A DNA stretch of 64,000 bases from Azolla caroliniana (GCA_043228905.1 JBHGNT010000007.1:20274001-20338000); one strand, 5' to 3'. Shown: positions 24,451 through 35,529, counted from the stretch's first letter. Numbers and translations are program-made. The notes: a model not told the origin generated them from the letters alone.

Positions 24451-27400
24451 TTATTCATATTTATTAAATTGGTACTTTATAAGTTTTTCACGTAGTGTAC
24501 AAAATACACTACGACACTCGCCCCCTCCGAACCCGCACATCCTCCGGTATGTGCCGAAGTTGTCGGTGATTGTTAGTCTCGTCCGTCCATTCTCCGCATG
24601 GTTGGTTTCGTCGCTGGTCATTTTTGGTTGTCGGCCCCATTCGGTCTCCCGTTTTTGGTTGTCGACTTCGCCCGGTTTCCAGTTTTGTTCGGTTGCAGGC
24701 TCTATCCAGTCTCCAATTACCGGCCCTCGTAATTCATCTTTACTTGTAGTACCCTCCGTTTCTCTTGCTATGTCGGCTTTGTCTCTCCATTTTGAGCACA
24801 TCCAATCTTTCCACCCGAACCATTGTCGCCATCCGATCCACCATAATCTTCGTTCATTCTTTGCATTGCCATGAGTGGTTGTCATGGTCCCTTGTGGTAC
24901 TCTTGAGCATCTCGGTGTGTTGTCTCTCTCCACTCCGCGCTTGTCTTCCGTAGGTTCTACCCACGCGTCGATGTCGACCTCCGAATACGCGCTCGCTGTT
25001 AGGTCCTTGTGCGGCTTTAATGCATGCTTTATTTCTCGATGTTGCGCATGCGTCGTATTAGGCCGTAGCGCTGTCGTAGTGTATTTCGTACACTACGTGA
25101 AAAAGGGAAAATAATATAACCGATTTAATTACATATAAATAAATAAAATAAGAATATCAAAATATTTATCACGTGCATAGGGCAAGATTTGAACTTGTAC
25201 CTCCACGTAGCCAAACCTCAACTTTACCATTATGCTACCTTATCTTTAGTGTTCTATAAATAGATTTAATAACTATAAGTGCTTTATTTACGTCTACCTT
25301 TATTAAAAGGTAAATCATGCATTTTTAGAGTGCGTGAATATTTTATAGAAAAACGCAAGCAACTAAAAAGTGACTCATGCACATCTAACGTGCATGAGCA
25401 CTATATTTAGCAAATAAAAGCAAGGATTAGAAAAGCATCACATGCACATTTAGTGTGCATGAACATATTAGAAAAAGCATGTAGCTATGCTTAGTCTCTC
25501 CCATCACTATATAAGGATGGGGAGCACATTGTAGTTTTTGTTGATTATTTTTCTATAATGATCAATCAATCTAAAATATTCGTGGGATTCACGAATTTGC
25601 TAAAATAATTCTCTCTTACTACCTAAATATTGACTAAATATACTAAACTCGTGGGATTCACGAGATTCTTATCTTATAACTCTTTATACCTATTCTTTAC
25701 TAGCCTTATTTGTATTTTTCTTTCTCCTAGTCCAAAACCTCGGCGGTTCCCACCCGACTCACGCAACGATCCGGAGCCGAAAGGCACGACACAGTTGGTG
25801 AACCCGACGTGAAGGCGGGTGGCAAGGGGATGGAGAATCAACAAGAGGCGATGAACATGATGATGATGATGTTCGAACGGACGCTACAAGAACAACGAGC
25901 GATGTCGGAGATCACGGCGGTAGTAAAGCGGCTCGTACAACGAAACGGACAATTCAACGGAAACGATGTGTCACGCTATCTACGTGACTACAAGGCGGAG
26001 ATGATACGATGTGGGATACCGGAAGGATTGCAAGTGACATCCTTCAATCGGGTGGCCACGGATGAGCTACAAGAGAGAATCCACAAGATACGGCAACAAA
26101 ACTCGACATGGGGGTCATTCGAAGAAGCTTTACGAGAGGCATATGATTACAAGAGATCGAAGGGAAAAGATCGGCGAGAATTTGACGAATGGGTGGCATC
26201 GGAGAAGACCCACCGAAGTGCAACACAAGCATTCCTAGAGTTCGAGCATCGTTTTGCTCGACTCTCGGAGCGGGAACAACGATTAGTGGGGGAGGATAAA
26301 GTCCTAATGTTCGTAAAATCGATCGATCGAAAAGAAAGGATGGACATCGGGATCGAACTCGAAGATGATGACGGTGCGAATGGTCTTACCGAGGATTGGG
26401 CCAAAGTCGAAAGGGTATGCCGAAGACATGATGAGAGGAAGATGAGAATCTTGTCAACGACATGGCCGATGAAGGATGGTCGATTGAAGACAAATGATGG
26501 AGCCGATATGAAGGCCGAAATACAACATGATGGTGCGACGGAAGAGGGTGTAAAACAAGCTACCCTCTTGTCTTGCGAAAGAACAACGACGAAGGATAAG
26601 GCCGATAACCCAAGTGTAGAAGAAGATTTCAGAATACAAGTGTTTGAAACATCGGGTGAAAAAGGGGTAAGCATAATTGATGCAGTGAAAGAGAGCAAGG
26701 AGGACTTGATTGAGGAGGTCGCCATGAAACATGACATCGAATCGAAGGTGGCTATGGACGAATCAATGGCGGATGGCCATATCGAGACTTCCCCACCACT
26801 GATTCCAGAGACTCCGGCGGTTGCGTTCGAAAGGCAACGTGAGACCGAAGAGACGGAAGGTGGCGGAGAGAAAACAAAGGTCGAAGCCGATGCGTATGAC
26901 AGAGAGATAGCCGAGAATATAGCTATGGGTGAAACAACAGAGGATGATAATACCGAGGATTCCTACCCACTAATTCTAGAGACTTCGGCGGTTGTATTCA
27001 AGAACCAACGTGAGACCGGAGAGACGGGAGGTGGCAGCAAGAAAGGTAAAGTCGGAAGCCGGTTCGGATGGAAGGTGATCCGGACGGGATTCCGATCCGA
27101 AAGAAAGCCGAACCGGGTAAAAGAGGATTCGACCGAAAGTCGATCCGAAAGAAAGCCGAACCGAAAGGAAGAGAATTCGGCCGAAAGACGACACAAACGA
27201 AAGCCGAACCGGGCGAATGAGGATTCGGCCGAAAGACGACCCGAAAGAAAGCCGACCCGAAAAGGGGTCGACTCGGTCAAAACCGATCGACTGAGTCTGA
27301 CTTGGCTGAACGCAAATATGGATGGAAGCCGACCTAGCCGAAAGCTGATCGGACGAGACCGATCCGGAAAGAAGCTAATCCGATTCAACCGGAGGTTGGA

Positions 27401-29724
27401 CCGGTCGAGGCTGGTGAAAACGAGGAAAAGAAAGCCAACTGAAATCGAAACCGATAGATCGAAACCGGGCCGGAAGGAGACCGACTCAATCGAAACCGAA
27501 CAACCGATTCCGATTCGGCCGAATACGAATCCGATCGGAAGCCGATCAAACCGAAAGTTGATCGGACGAGAGCGATCCGGAAAAAAGTCAAGGTTGATGA
27601 AGACAAGAAAGAGGCCAGTAAAAGACACTACCACGAATGACAAGGGCCAAGAATATGACGAGAGAGAACAAAGAATATGGTGGATTGGATGGCGACAATG
27701 GTTCGGGTGGAAAGAATGGGTCTACTCAAAATGGAGAGACAAAGTTGACATAGCGGGACAAACGGAGGATGAAGGGGAGACAACGAGCATCGGCAACTTC
27801 GGCACATACCGGAGGATGTGCGGGTTCGGAGGGGGCGAGTGTCGTAGTGTATTTCGTACACTACGTGAAAAAGGAAAAATAATATAACCGATTTAATTAC
27901 ATATAAATAAATAAAATAAGAATATCAAAATATTTATCACGTGCATAGGGCAAGATTTGAACTTGTACCTCCACGTAGCCAAACCTCAACTTTACCATTA
28001 TGCTACCTTATCTTTAGTGTTCTATAAATAGATTTAATAACTATAAGTGCTTTATTTACGCCTACCTTTATTAAAAGGTAAATCATGCATTTTTAGAGTG
28101 CGTGAATATTTTATAGAAAAACGCAAGCAACTAAAAAGTGACTCATGCACATCTAACGTGCATGAGCACTATATTTAGCAAATAAAAGCAAGGATTAGAA
28201 AAGCATCACATGCACATTTAGTGTGCATGAACATATTAGAAAAAGCATGTAGCTATGCTTAGTCTCTCCCATCACTATATAAGGATGGGGAGCACATTGT
28301 AGTTTTTGTTGATTATTTTTCTATAATGATCAATCAATCTAAAATATTCGTGGGATTCACGAATTTGCTAAAATAATTCTCTCTTACTACCTAAATATTG
28401 ACTAAATATACTAAACTCGTGGGATTCACGAGATTCTTATCTTATAACTCTTTATACCTATTCTTTACTAGCCTTATTTGTATTTTTCTTTCTCCTAGTC
28501 CAAAACCTCGGCGGTTCCCACCCGACTCACGCAACGATCCGGAGCCGAAAGGCACGACAGCGCATGCTTCGTATTCCATCGTAGTGCATGCGTCGTATTA
28601 CCCCGTAGTGCATGCTTATTTTTGCACCGTAGCGCGTGCTTCTTTTTACGCCGTAGCACGTGCTTCTTTTGGTGCTGTAGTGCGTGCTCCGTATTACATG
28701 CTTCTCCCATCGTAGACCCGACCTTCGCGTTGTCATGCTTTTGTTTACATCGGAATTTCAGATGGATCATCTTCCATCCGAACCGGCTTCCGACTTTACC
28801 TTCCTTGCTGCCACCTCCCGTCTCTCCGGTCTCACGTTGGTTCTCGGACACAACCGCCGAAGTCTCTAGAATTAGTGGGTAGGAATCCTCGGTATTATCA
28901 TCTTCCGTTGTTTCACCCATAGCCATGTTCTCCTTGGCTATCTCTCCTTTGTATGCATCGGCTTCGACCTTCGTTTCGTTGCCGCCACTTTCCTTATCTT
29001 CGGTGTTATGTCGACACCCGGGCTCGAGTACCGAAGTCTCCGAAACAATGGTGAAGGAATCCCTTCGTTCGTGCTCATTTACTTTGTCTTCCTCGTTGCC
29101 CTTCCGGTCCTCCACTTTTCCGCCGACACATTCCGTCTCTCCGGTCTCATGTTGGTGCACGGGCACAACCGCCGAAGTCTCTGGAACCGGTGTGGGGATA
29201 CCCTTTCGTCCTCGATCTTCCTCCTCCTCGTCCTTTGTTGGCCTCGACTTTGGTTCGGTTTTAAGCTCCCCTTCAATGTCGACTTGCGACTTTTCATGCA
29301 TCTCCGAACCCTTCCGCATCAAGCTCTCCTTCGGTGGTAGTCGGTGGCCGCTTTTCACCCACTGTTGACCGCCGTTCGTGGACCATGTCCTCGTCCGCTT
29401 CGGTCTTAGATAGTCATATGTGTCTCGTATAGCTTCTTCAAAGGACTCCCACATCGGGCTTTGTTGCCGTATCTCGTGGATTCTCTCTTGAAGCTCATCC
29501 GTAGCCACCCGGTTGAAAGATAACACTTGCAATCTTTCTGAGATACCATATCGCAACATCTCCATTTTGTAGTCACGTAGATAGCGTGACACGTCCTTTC
29601 CATCGAATTGCCCGTTCTGTTGCACGAGCCGTTGTACTACTGTCGTGATCTCCGACATCTCGCGTTGTTCTTGTAGCATTCTCTCGAACATCATCATCAT
29701 CATGTTCATCGCCTCTTGTTGATT
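24451..29724 (-). CDS. Gag-like protein of element A, split by element B
   Basis: Joining 28560-29724 to 24451-25067 gives ...WNTKHAL-RPNTTHAQHREIKHAL...VERDNTPR...LWWIGWRQWFGWKDW...FGTYRRMCGFGGGEC in frame. Start position approximate. Confidence 0.8.
25173..25242 (-). other. tRNA-like A/B-box cassette in LTR of B (second copy 27941-28010)
   Basis: Minus strand reads GGTAGCATAATGGTAAAG...GGAGGTACAAGTTCAAATCTTGCC. Confidence 0.6.
25809..27887 (+). CDS. Intact Gag-like protein with acidic repeats, a basic 16-aa repeat and a Trp-rich C-terminal motif
   Basis: 692-aa ORF filling the internal region and ending in the 3' LTR. FNGNDVSRYLRDY and LMFVKSID match the family Gag. No zinc knuckle or pol domains. 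Confidence 0.85.
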   Translation: MKAGGKGMENQQEAMNMMMMMFERTLQEQRAMSEITAVVKRLVQRNGQFNGNDVSRYLRDYKAEMIRCGIPEGLQVTSFNRVATDELQERIHKIRQQNSTWGSFEEALREAYDYKRSKGKDRREFDEWVASEKTHRSATQAFLEFEHRFARLSEREQRLVGEDKVLMFVKSIDRKERMDIGIELEDDDGANGLTEDWAKVERVCRRHDERKMRILSTTWPMKDGRLKTNDGADMKAEIQHDGATEEGVKQATLLSCERTTTKDKADNPSVEEDFRIQVFETSGEKGVSIIDAVKESKEDLIEEVAMKHDIESKVAMDESMADGHIETSPPLIPETPAVAFERQRETEETEGGGEKTKVEADAYDREIAENIAMGETTEDDNTEDSYPLILETSAVVFKNQRETGETGGGSKKGKVGSRFGWKVIRTGFRSERKPNRVKEDSTESRSERKPNRKEENSAERRHKRKPNRANEDSAERRPERKPTRKGVDSVKTDRLSLTWLNANMDGSRPSRKLIGRDRSGKKLIRFNRRLDRSRLVKTRKRKPTEIETDRSKPGRKETDSIETEQPIPIRPNTNPIGSRSNRKLIGRERSGKKSRLMKTRKRPVKDTTTNDKGQEYDEREQRIWWIGWRQWFGWKEWVYSKWRDKVDIAGQTEDEGETTSIGNFGTYRRMCGFGGGECRSVFRTLREKGKII

Positions 29725-31479
29725 CTCCATCTCCTTGCCACCCGCCTTCACGTCGGGTTCACCAACTGTGTCGTGCCTTTCGGCTCCGGATCGTTTGCGT
29801 GAGTCGGGTGGGAACCACTGGGGTTTTGGACTAGGAGAAAGAAGAATATGAGATGAGGCTAGTAATGGATAGATTATTAGAAAGAGAGATAGAAATTTTG
29901 TGAATCCCACGAGTGTATTGTAATCGATTAATCAATATTTAGATAAGAATATGTATTTAGATTTGAAAGAAAGATATAAGAAACTTGTGAATCCCACAAG
30001 TATAGATTATATTATTTTCGTGAATCCCACGATTATATTAATCGGTTGGTGTTTTCAGAAATATATCCAATTTCCAAATATTTCACACACCTATTACATT
30101 GTGCTCCCCATCCTTATGTAGTGATGAGGGAGTCCATGTTTTTTTTTTTTTTCTAACTATAGACTCCATGCTTTTCCTATAGATAGACTATATGCTTTAT
30201 CTAAAGTATTCATGCTTTTTCTAACTTGTGCGTTTTTTTTATCAACTATAGCGTTCATGCATGCTAGATGTGCATGTGTAGCTTTTTCTTTTAGCATGCG
30301 TTTTCTTTTAACTAAAGTTTATCCTAGGTGAACTAAGCTTTCTATGTGGAACATCTATTTTTAAATACAAATGAAATGCTAGTGTAATGGTAAGACATTA
30401 CATTATTAACATGGAGGTGCAAGGTTCGAATCTTGCCCTATGCATGTTATATAAATTTTAATATTTTCTACTATTTATTCATATTTATTAAATTGGTACT
30501 TTATAAGTTTTTCACGTAGTGTACAAAATACACTACGACAACGTTGGAAGGACCAGCGACACGATGGCGGCGGACGCAGGACCCGGCGACCATCACAACC
30601 TTTGCAGAATTAAAAGCAAAATTCTTGCATTTTTTCCACAAGGAGGTCGACCAGACGACAATGGTGGGCCTGTTTTATACGATCCGACAGGAGGCAGGGG
30701 AAAGCATTCCCCAATTCGTCATCCGTTTCCAACGAATGCATAGCCAGCTTGCCCGTGCACCCCCGGAGGAGGAATTACGGACGATATTTTTAAACGCACT
30801 CCGAAAACCGTTACGCACGGTGTGTACAGTGATCGACTTTCGAGGAAGCACCATTGACCAGGTCATTGACCGGGTCAGAGAAATGGAAAAGTCAAGCTCA
30901 TGGCTTACACTGGGAGCACTGCAACGGGCGTTACCCACAGATGAAGATCTCCGGTTCCGGCAGGCAATTCAATGCACAATCTGCTTGAATGCCGGACACT
31001 CGGCAGTAGAGTGCACTATGCGAACCCAGTGTGTGATTTGTCAATCCAAGAGTCATACAACGGACCGGTGCGAGTATAACCTGCTAAACCGACAAGCACC
31101 ACCCGTCCGACGGATCGAGCCAAGAAGCAGCCGAGACGAAGATGAAGATCGTTGGCAAAGAATGAACCGGTACCGACCGGCACAGGATGTCCGGTACGGA
31201 GACAGACAAGAGAATGATGGCCGGTACAAGGATCGGCATGGGAACTACGACCGGCATGAGCGATCGGACCGTTATCGGGAGTCCAACAGACGACACGAGC
31301 AATACGACAGAGACCATTCCCCTGGTTACCGAAGGCACCAGGAGGATTACGGCCGATTTTACGATCCACCACGACCGGACTACCGAAATAAAAATAAGAA
31401 TAATAAGAAACGTAATTTCAAGAAAGGTGGTCACACTAGGGACCCGGAACATGGAACCCCAAGAAGCCAACCGGCATAG

Positions 31480-34400
31480 AACGCACCACTCACTACGGGA
31501 CCGACTCCGGATACCAGCAATGCTGAATCCAGCAATACCCGTAAAGAGTACTGCTATTACTGCAGGCAGGAAGGCCACTACAGTAACCAGTGCCCGGCAA
31601 AGAGCTACGATAAACGACCAGCAGTTAATATGGTGGTTCCGGAAGTGGCGGATTTACAGCAAGTAACCACACGGTCGAAAGGCATGGCCAAAGAGTGGGA
31701 AACACAAGAGGCCATACGAAAACAGGCGACGGAATGGGTGAAGGAAGCCAATGAAAGGAACGTCGCGGACGCGGAACGGCAAAAGGCGAATACCATAGGG
31801 AGTGCCGGCAGTAGCCACACAGAAAACGAGACATGGCAAGCACTGCAAGAATGTCAGATCACGTTGCCATTAGGAAGACTCTTGCAGCTCGTGCCGCGAT
31901 TTACGGAAGGACTAAAAACTGTCATGACAGACGGTATAGCCCCACCGGCACCAGTCCTTTTCTCGAATCCGGAGGAGGGACCGACGGTGGTGGACACTAG
32001 TAGTCCGGTGATTACAGCTATTGTCAAAGGGCACGAACTTCCCGGCACAGTAATCGATGGAGGTTCCGGGGTGAACGTAATAAGCCTCTGCACGTGTGAT
32101 GCCTTGGGTATACATGAATGGGAGCCATGTCCGTTCTGGCTACGGATGGCAGATACGAGCTCTGTACGGCCGACGGGCTTAATACGGAAATTGGAAGTCA
32201 CCATAGGAGGTCACACATTTCACATCTCGGCTGTAGTGCTGCAGCTACAGGCGCAAGGCGCGTACCCACTGTTGCTGGGCAGACCATGGTTGAAAACAGC
32301 ACACATCAAGCAAAATTGGCGGAAAAATATGATTACCTTCCGGCGCGGAAAAGCCAAGGTCCGGGTACCAACACAACCACGGATGAGCAACGGTAAGGAA
32401 TGCACACCGCTGTATGCGGAATGCGTGAACATGCTTGAAGGGTTGGCAGACGACGAAGAAGCCCAGTACTTGGAGGAACACCCGAAGATCGTACCACTCT
32501 TCGAGATTGACGTAGCTGAAGCCGTAGCGCCATACTTGCCGCAGCGGGACGAAACCGAAGCCGAACCAGACAAAGATGCGATTCGGGAATTACGGCAAGC
32601 ACAGGAAGCGTTGGAACGGGAGATGGCCGTTTCCCAACGGGTAAAAACATCCCAGCTCGACGAAGTGAACCTAGGAAGCAAGGACGAATCAAAGCCGGTA
32701 CACATCGCCAAAGAAATGAAGCCGGAAGATAAAGCGGCGATGATCAAACTTCTCACGGAGTTTCGCGACGTATTCGCCTGGTCATACGAAGACATGCGAG
32801 GGCTGGACCCTCAATTATATCAGCATCAGATCCACTTAGGCAAGGACGCGAAACCAGTGGCGCAAAGACGTTACCGAATGAACCCCAACTACGCCGCCAA
32901 GGTGAAGGAGGAAATCGACAAACTCCTAAGAGTGGGCTTCATCCGGCCGGTAAAGAAAGCGACGTGGCTGAGCCCCATCGTCGTCGTCCCAAAGAAGAAC
33001 GGTAAAATCCGCGTGTGTGTAGATTACAGGAAACTAAATGCAGCCACAATTACGGATGCATTCCCTCTTCCGTTCACGGATGGAGTACTGGATGCCGTCG
33101 CCGGCCATGAAGTTTATAGTTTTTTAGACGGGTTCAGCGGATACAATCAAATCCGGATGCACCCTGACGACCAGGAGAAGACAGCGTTCGTCACCGAATG
33201 GGGGGTGTTTGTGGCCGAAGTAATGATGTTCGGCCTAAAAACGGCACCAGCAACTTTCCAGCGAATCATCATGGAGATCTTCGGCGAATACATTCCTGCC
33301 TTCATGCAGGTTTTCCTGGATGATTTTGCAGTCTATAGCCGGGGAAAAGACCATTTGCAGCACCTACGGTTATGTCTTGAAAAGTGTAGGTTATACCGGC
33401 TAAGCTTAAACCCAGCAAAATGCATCTTTGGGGTTTCAAGTGGAATCTTACTGGGACACATTGTAAGTAAGGAGGGCATTGCGGTCGACCCGGACAAAGT
33501 AAACGCGATACTAGGGGCACCGGCGCCGAAAACAGCCAAAGCACTAAGCCGATTCTTAGGACAGATCCGGTGGCACAGCCGGATGCTCCGTCACTTGGCT
33601 GACTTGGCTACACCATTACACACCGCGGTACATCGGACACCGTTCCAATGGACGGATACGGAGGATAAGGCATACAATGCCCTGAAGGTACTTTTGTCGC
33701 AAGCACCCGTCGTGCAGCCTCCGGATTGGAGCAAGGAATTTCATGTGTTCGTTGACGCTTCCGACATCGCTATCGGCAGCGCCTTAATGCAACTTACGGA
33801 GCCCAAATGGTACCGGCCGGTATATTACGCCAACCAGAAGCTGTCCCAAGCGGAGAAGAACTATTCGACTACGGAACGGGAGGCCCTGGGCATGATCTAC
33901 AGTGTCACAAAGTTTCGTCATTACCTATTGGGAAGGAAGTTCTCCTTTCATGTGGATCACTCGGCGCTCCTGTACTTAGTGTCCAAGGCGTCCCTGACCG
34001 GTAAGTTGGCCCGTTGGACCTTGCTGTTGCAGGAGTTCGAATTTGAGATCTTCCACCGGCCCGGTATCCAGCATGCCGTAGCAGACTACCTGAGCCGGTT
34101 AGAGTCCGGAGAATCAGGCGACGGAGTAGCGGATGAATTCCCGGACGCAGAGTTATTCCGTATCACCCCGGAAACGGCAGCGGACGACACGGTGGCATCA
34201 GAAGATAGGTGGCTGACAAACATGCACCAGTTCCTAAGCACGGGCCTGCCACCGGAGGAGATGAACCGGGACGAGAGGAAACGACTGGCGGTGCAGAGCC
34301 GCAATTTCTGTCTGTTACGGGACACTCTCTACCACAAGGGAGCAGATGGAATATGGAGACGGGCAGTCCGTAGTGACAAGAAACAAGTAATCTTACGGGA

Positions 34401-35529
34401 AGCACACTGTGGGGTTGCCGGAGGACACTATGCCGGGGAAGCAACGGCAAGGAAAGTATGGCAGAGCGGCTTATGGTGGCCCACGACGTTAAAAGACGTC
34501 GTCAAGTACGCTAAGGAATGTGACCTATGCCAACGAATGGGCCAGCCTACGGAGCAAGCACGGATGCCACACCAACCGGTACTTCCACTAGAGCCATTCC
34601 AGAAGTGGGGGTTGGATTTTGTCAGACCGTTCAAGCCACCGGCAATGAGAACGGGTAATCGTTATGTCATCGTGGCAACAGATTATTGCACTAAATGGGT
34701 GGAGGCTAAGGCCTTGAAAGACAACACCGCGTCATCCACAGCAAAATTCCTGTATGAGAACATTTGGTGCCGATATGGATGTCCGATTGAATTAATCAGC
34801 GACCAAGGAGGGCACTTCCTCGGCCAGGTAGTTGAAAGCTTAACAACGTTCTATGTCGTGGTCCATAAACGGAGCACACCGTACTACCCACAAGCGAACG
34901 GTTTAGTAGAGTCCACCAACAAAACGCTGCAGAACATTCTCCGCAAAATCGTCAATGAAAACCGGACGGTCATGCCGGTGGAATTTCAGGTACCAAGCTT
35001 ACGGATCCAACTACGGGAACGGCTGAATGAAAAGGAGTCAGAGGAAATGCGACTAGCAGCACTATGCGAACTGGAGGAGCAACGGCTGGCCAGCATCCTA
35101 CACATGGAACTGGAGCAACGACGACGGAAAGCGTTCGTTGACCGTCACCGGAAAGGTAATGAGAAGATGTTCGAAATCGGAAAGCCGGTGCTAGTATTCC
35201 AAACGAGGATGGGCAAGATGCCGGGTAAACTCCGGTTTAGATGGACAGGCCCGTATTGGCTGACACGGGAATACAACGGGTCCTATCAGTTAGGGACACT
35301 TGCCGGTGAAGTGCTAGGCAAGTGGGTCAACGGATTTAGACTAAAGCCCTATAAAGGACCGATGCCAAGTAACCCGTTTATGCAGCCCACCGGCACTATA
35401 CCGGGAACCTTTCCGGGAACGGTACGGATGAAAGAAAAAGACGACGGGGAACCCGTAGCAGAGGCGAAGGAAGACACGGCAACCCGTAAGGAAAACGGTA
35501 AGGGTCCGAAGGGACCTACGGATGTGTAA
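31480..35529 (+). CDS. Pol: protease, RT, RNase H, integrase (in-frame deletion in the integrase)
   Basis: VIDGGSGVN, FLDGFSGYNQI, FLDDF, FVDASD, H-H-C-C zinc finger, WGLDF, ISDQG, ANGLVE. The usual DWD..L..ALWAYRT segment is missing between NENRT and VMPVEF. Confidence 0.92.
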   Translation, partial: NAPLTTGPTPDTSNAESSNTRKEYCYYCRQEGHYSNQCPAKSYDKRPAVNMVVPEVADLQQVTTRSKGMAKEWETQEAIRKQATEWVKEANERNVADAERQKANTIGSAGSSHTENETWQALQECQITLPLGRLLQLVPRFTEGLKTVMTDGIAPPAPVLFSNPEEGPTVVDTSSPVITAIVKGHELPGTVIDGGSGVNVISLCTCDALGIHEWEPCPFWLRMADTSSVRPTGLIRKLEVTIGGHTFHISAVVLQLQAQGAYPLLLGRPWLKTAHIKQNWRKNMITFRRGKAKVRVPTQPRMSNGKECTPLYAECVNMLEGLADDEEAQYLEEHPKIVPLFEIDVAEAVAPYLPQRDETEAEPDKDAIRELRQAQEALEREMAVSQRVKTSQLDEVNLGSKDESKPVHIAKEMKPEDKAAMIKLLTEFRDVFAWSYEDMRGLDPQLYQHQIHLGKDAKPVAQRRYRMNPNYAAKVKEEIDKLLRVGFIRPVKKATWLSPIVVVPKKNGKIRVCVDYRKLNAATITDAFPLPFTDGVLDAVAGHEVYSFLDGFSGYNQIRMHPDDQEKTAFVTEWGVFVAEVMMFGLKTAPATFQRIIMEIFGEYIPAFMQVFLDDFAVYSRGKDHLQHLRLCLEKCRLYRLSLNPAKCIFGVSSGILLGHIVSKEGIAVDPDKVNAILGAPAPKTAKALSRFLGQIRWHSRMLRHLADLATPLHTAVHRTPFQWTDTEDKAYNALKVLLSQAPVVQPPDWSKEFHVFVDASDIAIGSALMQLTEPKWYRPVYYANQKLSQAEKNYSTTEREALGMIYSVTKFRHYLLGRKFSFHVDHSALLYLVSKASLTGKLARWTLLLQEFEFEIFHRPGIQHAVADYLSRLESGESGDGVADEFPDAELFRITPETAADDTVASEDRWLTNMHQFLSTGLPPEEMNRDERKRLAVQSRNFCLLRDTLYHKGADGIWRRAVRSDKKQVILREAHCGVAGGHYAGEATARKVWQSGLWWPTTLKDVVKYAKECDLCQRMGQPTEQARMPHQPVLPLEPFQKWGLDFVRPFKPPAMRTGNRYVIVATDYCTKWVEAKALKDNTASSTAKFLYENIWCRYGCPIELISDQGGHFLGQVVESLTTFYVVVHKRSTPYYPQANGLVESTNKTLQNILRKIVNENRTVMPVEFQVPSLRIQLRERLNEKESEEMRLAALCELEEQRLASILHMELEQRRRKAFVDRHRKGNEKMFEIGKPVLVFQTRMGKMPGKLRFRWTGPYWLTREYNGSYQLGTLAGEVLGKWVNGFRLKPYKGPMPSNPFMQPTGTIPGTFPGTVRMKEKDDGEPVAEAKEDTATRKENGKGPKGPTDV

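Larger units (their letters stand above)
25072..28559 (+). mobile_element. Gag-only non-autonomous element B (tRNA-Trp family), very recent
   Basis: 720-bp LTRs at 25072-25791 and 27840-28559 (2 mismatches seen). TSD GCGC. PBS at 25796. PPT GGAGGGGGCGAG. Confidence 0.95.
23746..30540 (-). mobile_element. Gag-only non-autonomous element A (tRNA-Trp family)
   Basis: LTRs 23746-24516 and 29769-30540 (a few mismatches). TSD ACGT. PBS 29748-29765. PPT 24517-24527. One ORF that is open once element B is removed. No pol. Confidence 0.93.
22974..31479 (+). pseudogene. Gag of the Athila-like element, split by the insertion at 23746-30540
   Basis: Removing the insert restores SKIAEFGVT-LEGPATRW. Two CCHC knuckles come before an in-frame TAG at 31477 and a third comes after it, in frame with pol. 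Confidence 0.85.

Noticed and set aside
1908-30444. Functional tRNA genes
   Set aside because: Only the A and B boxes are retained. I could not fold acceptor or anticodon stems.
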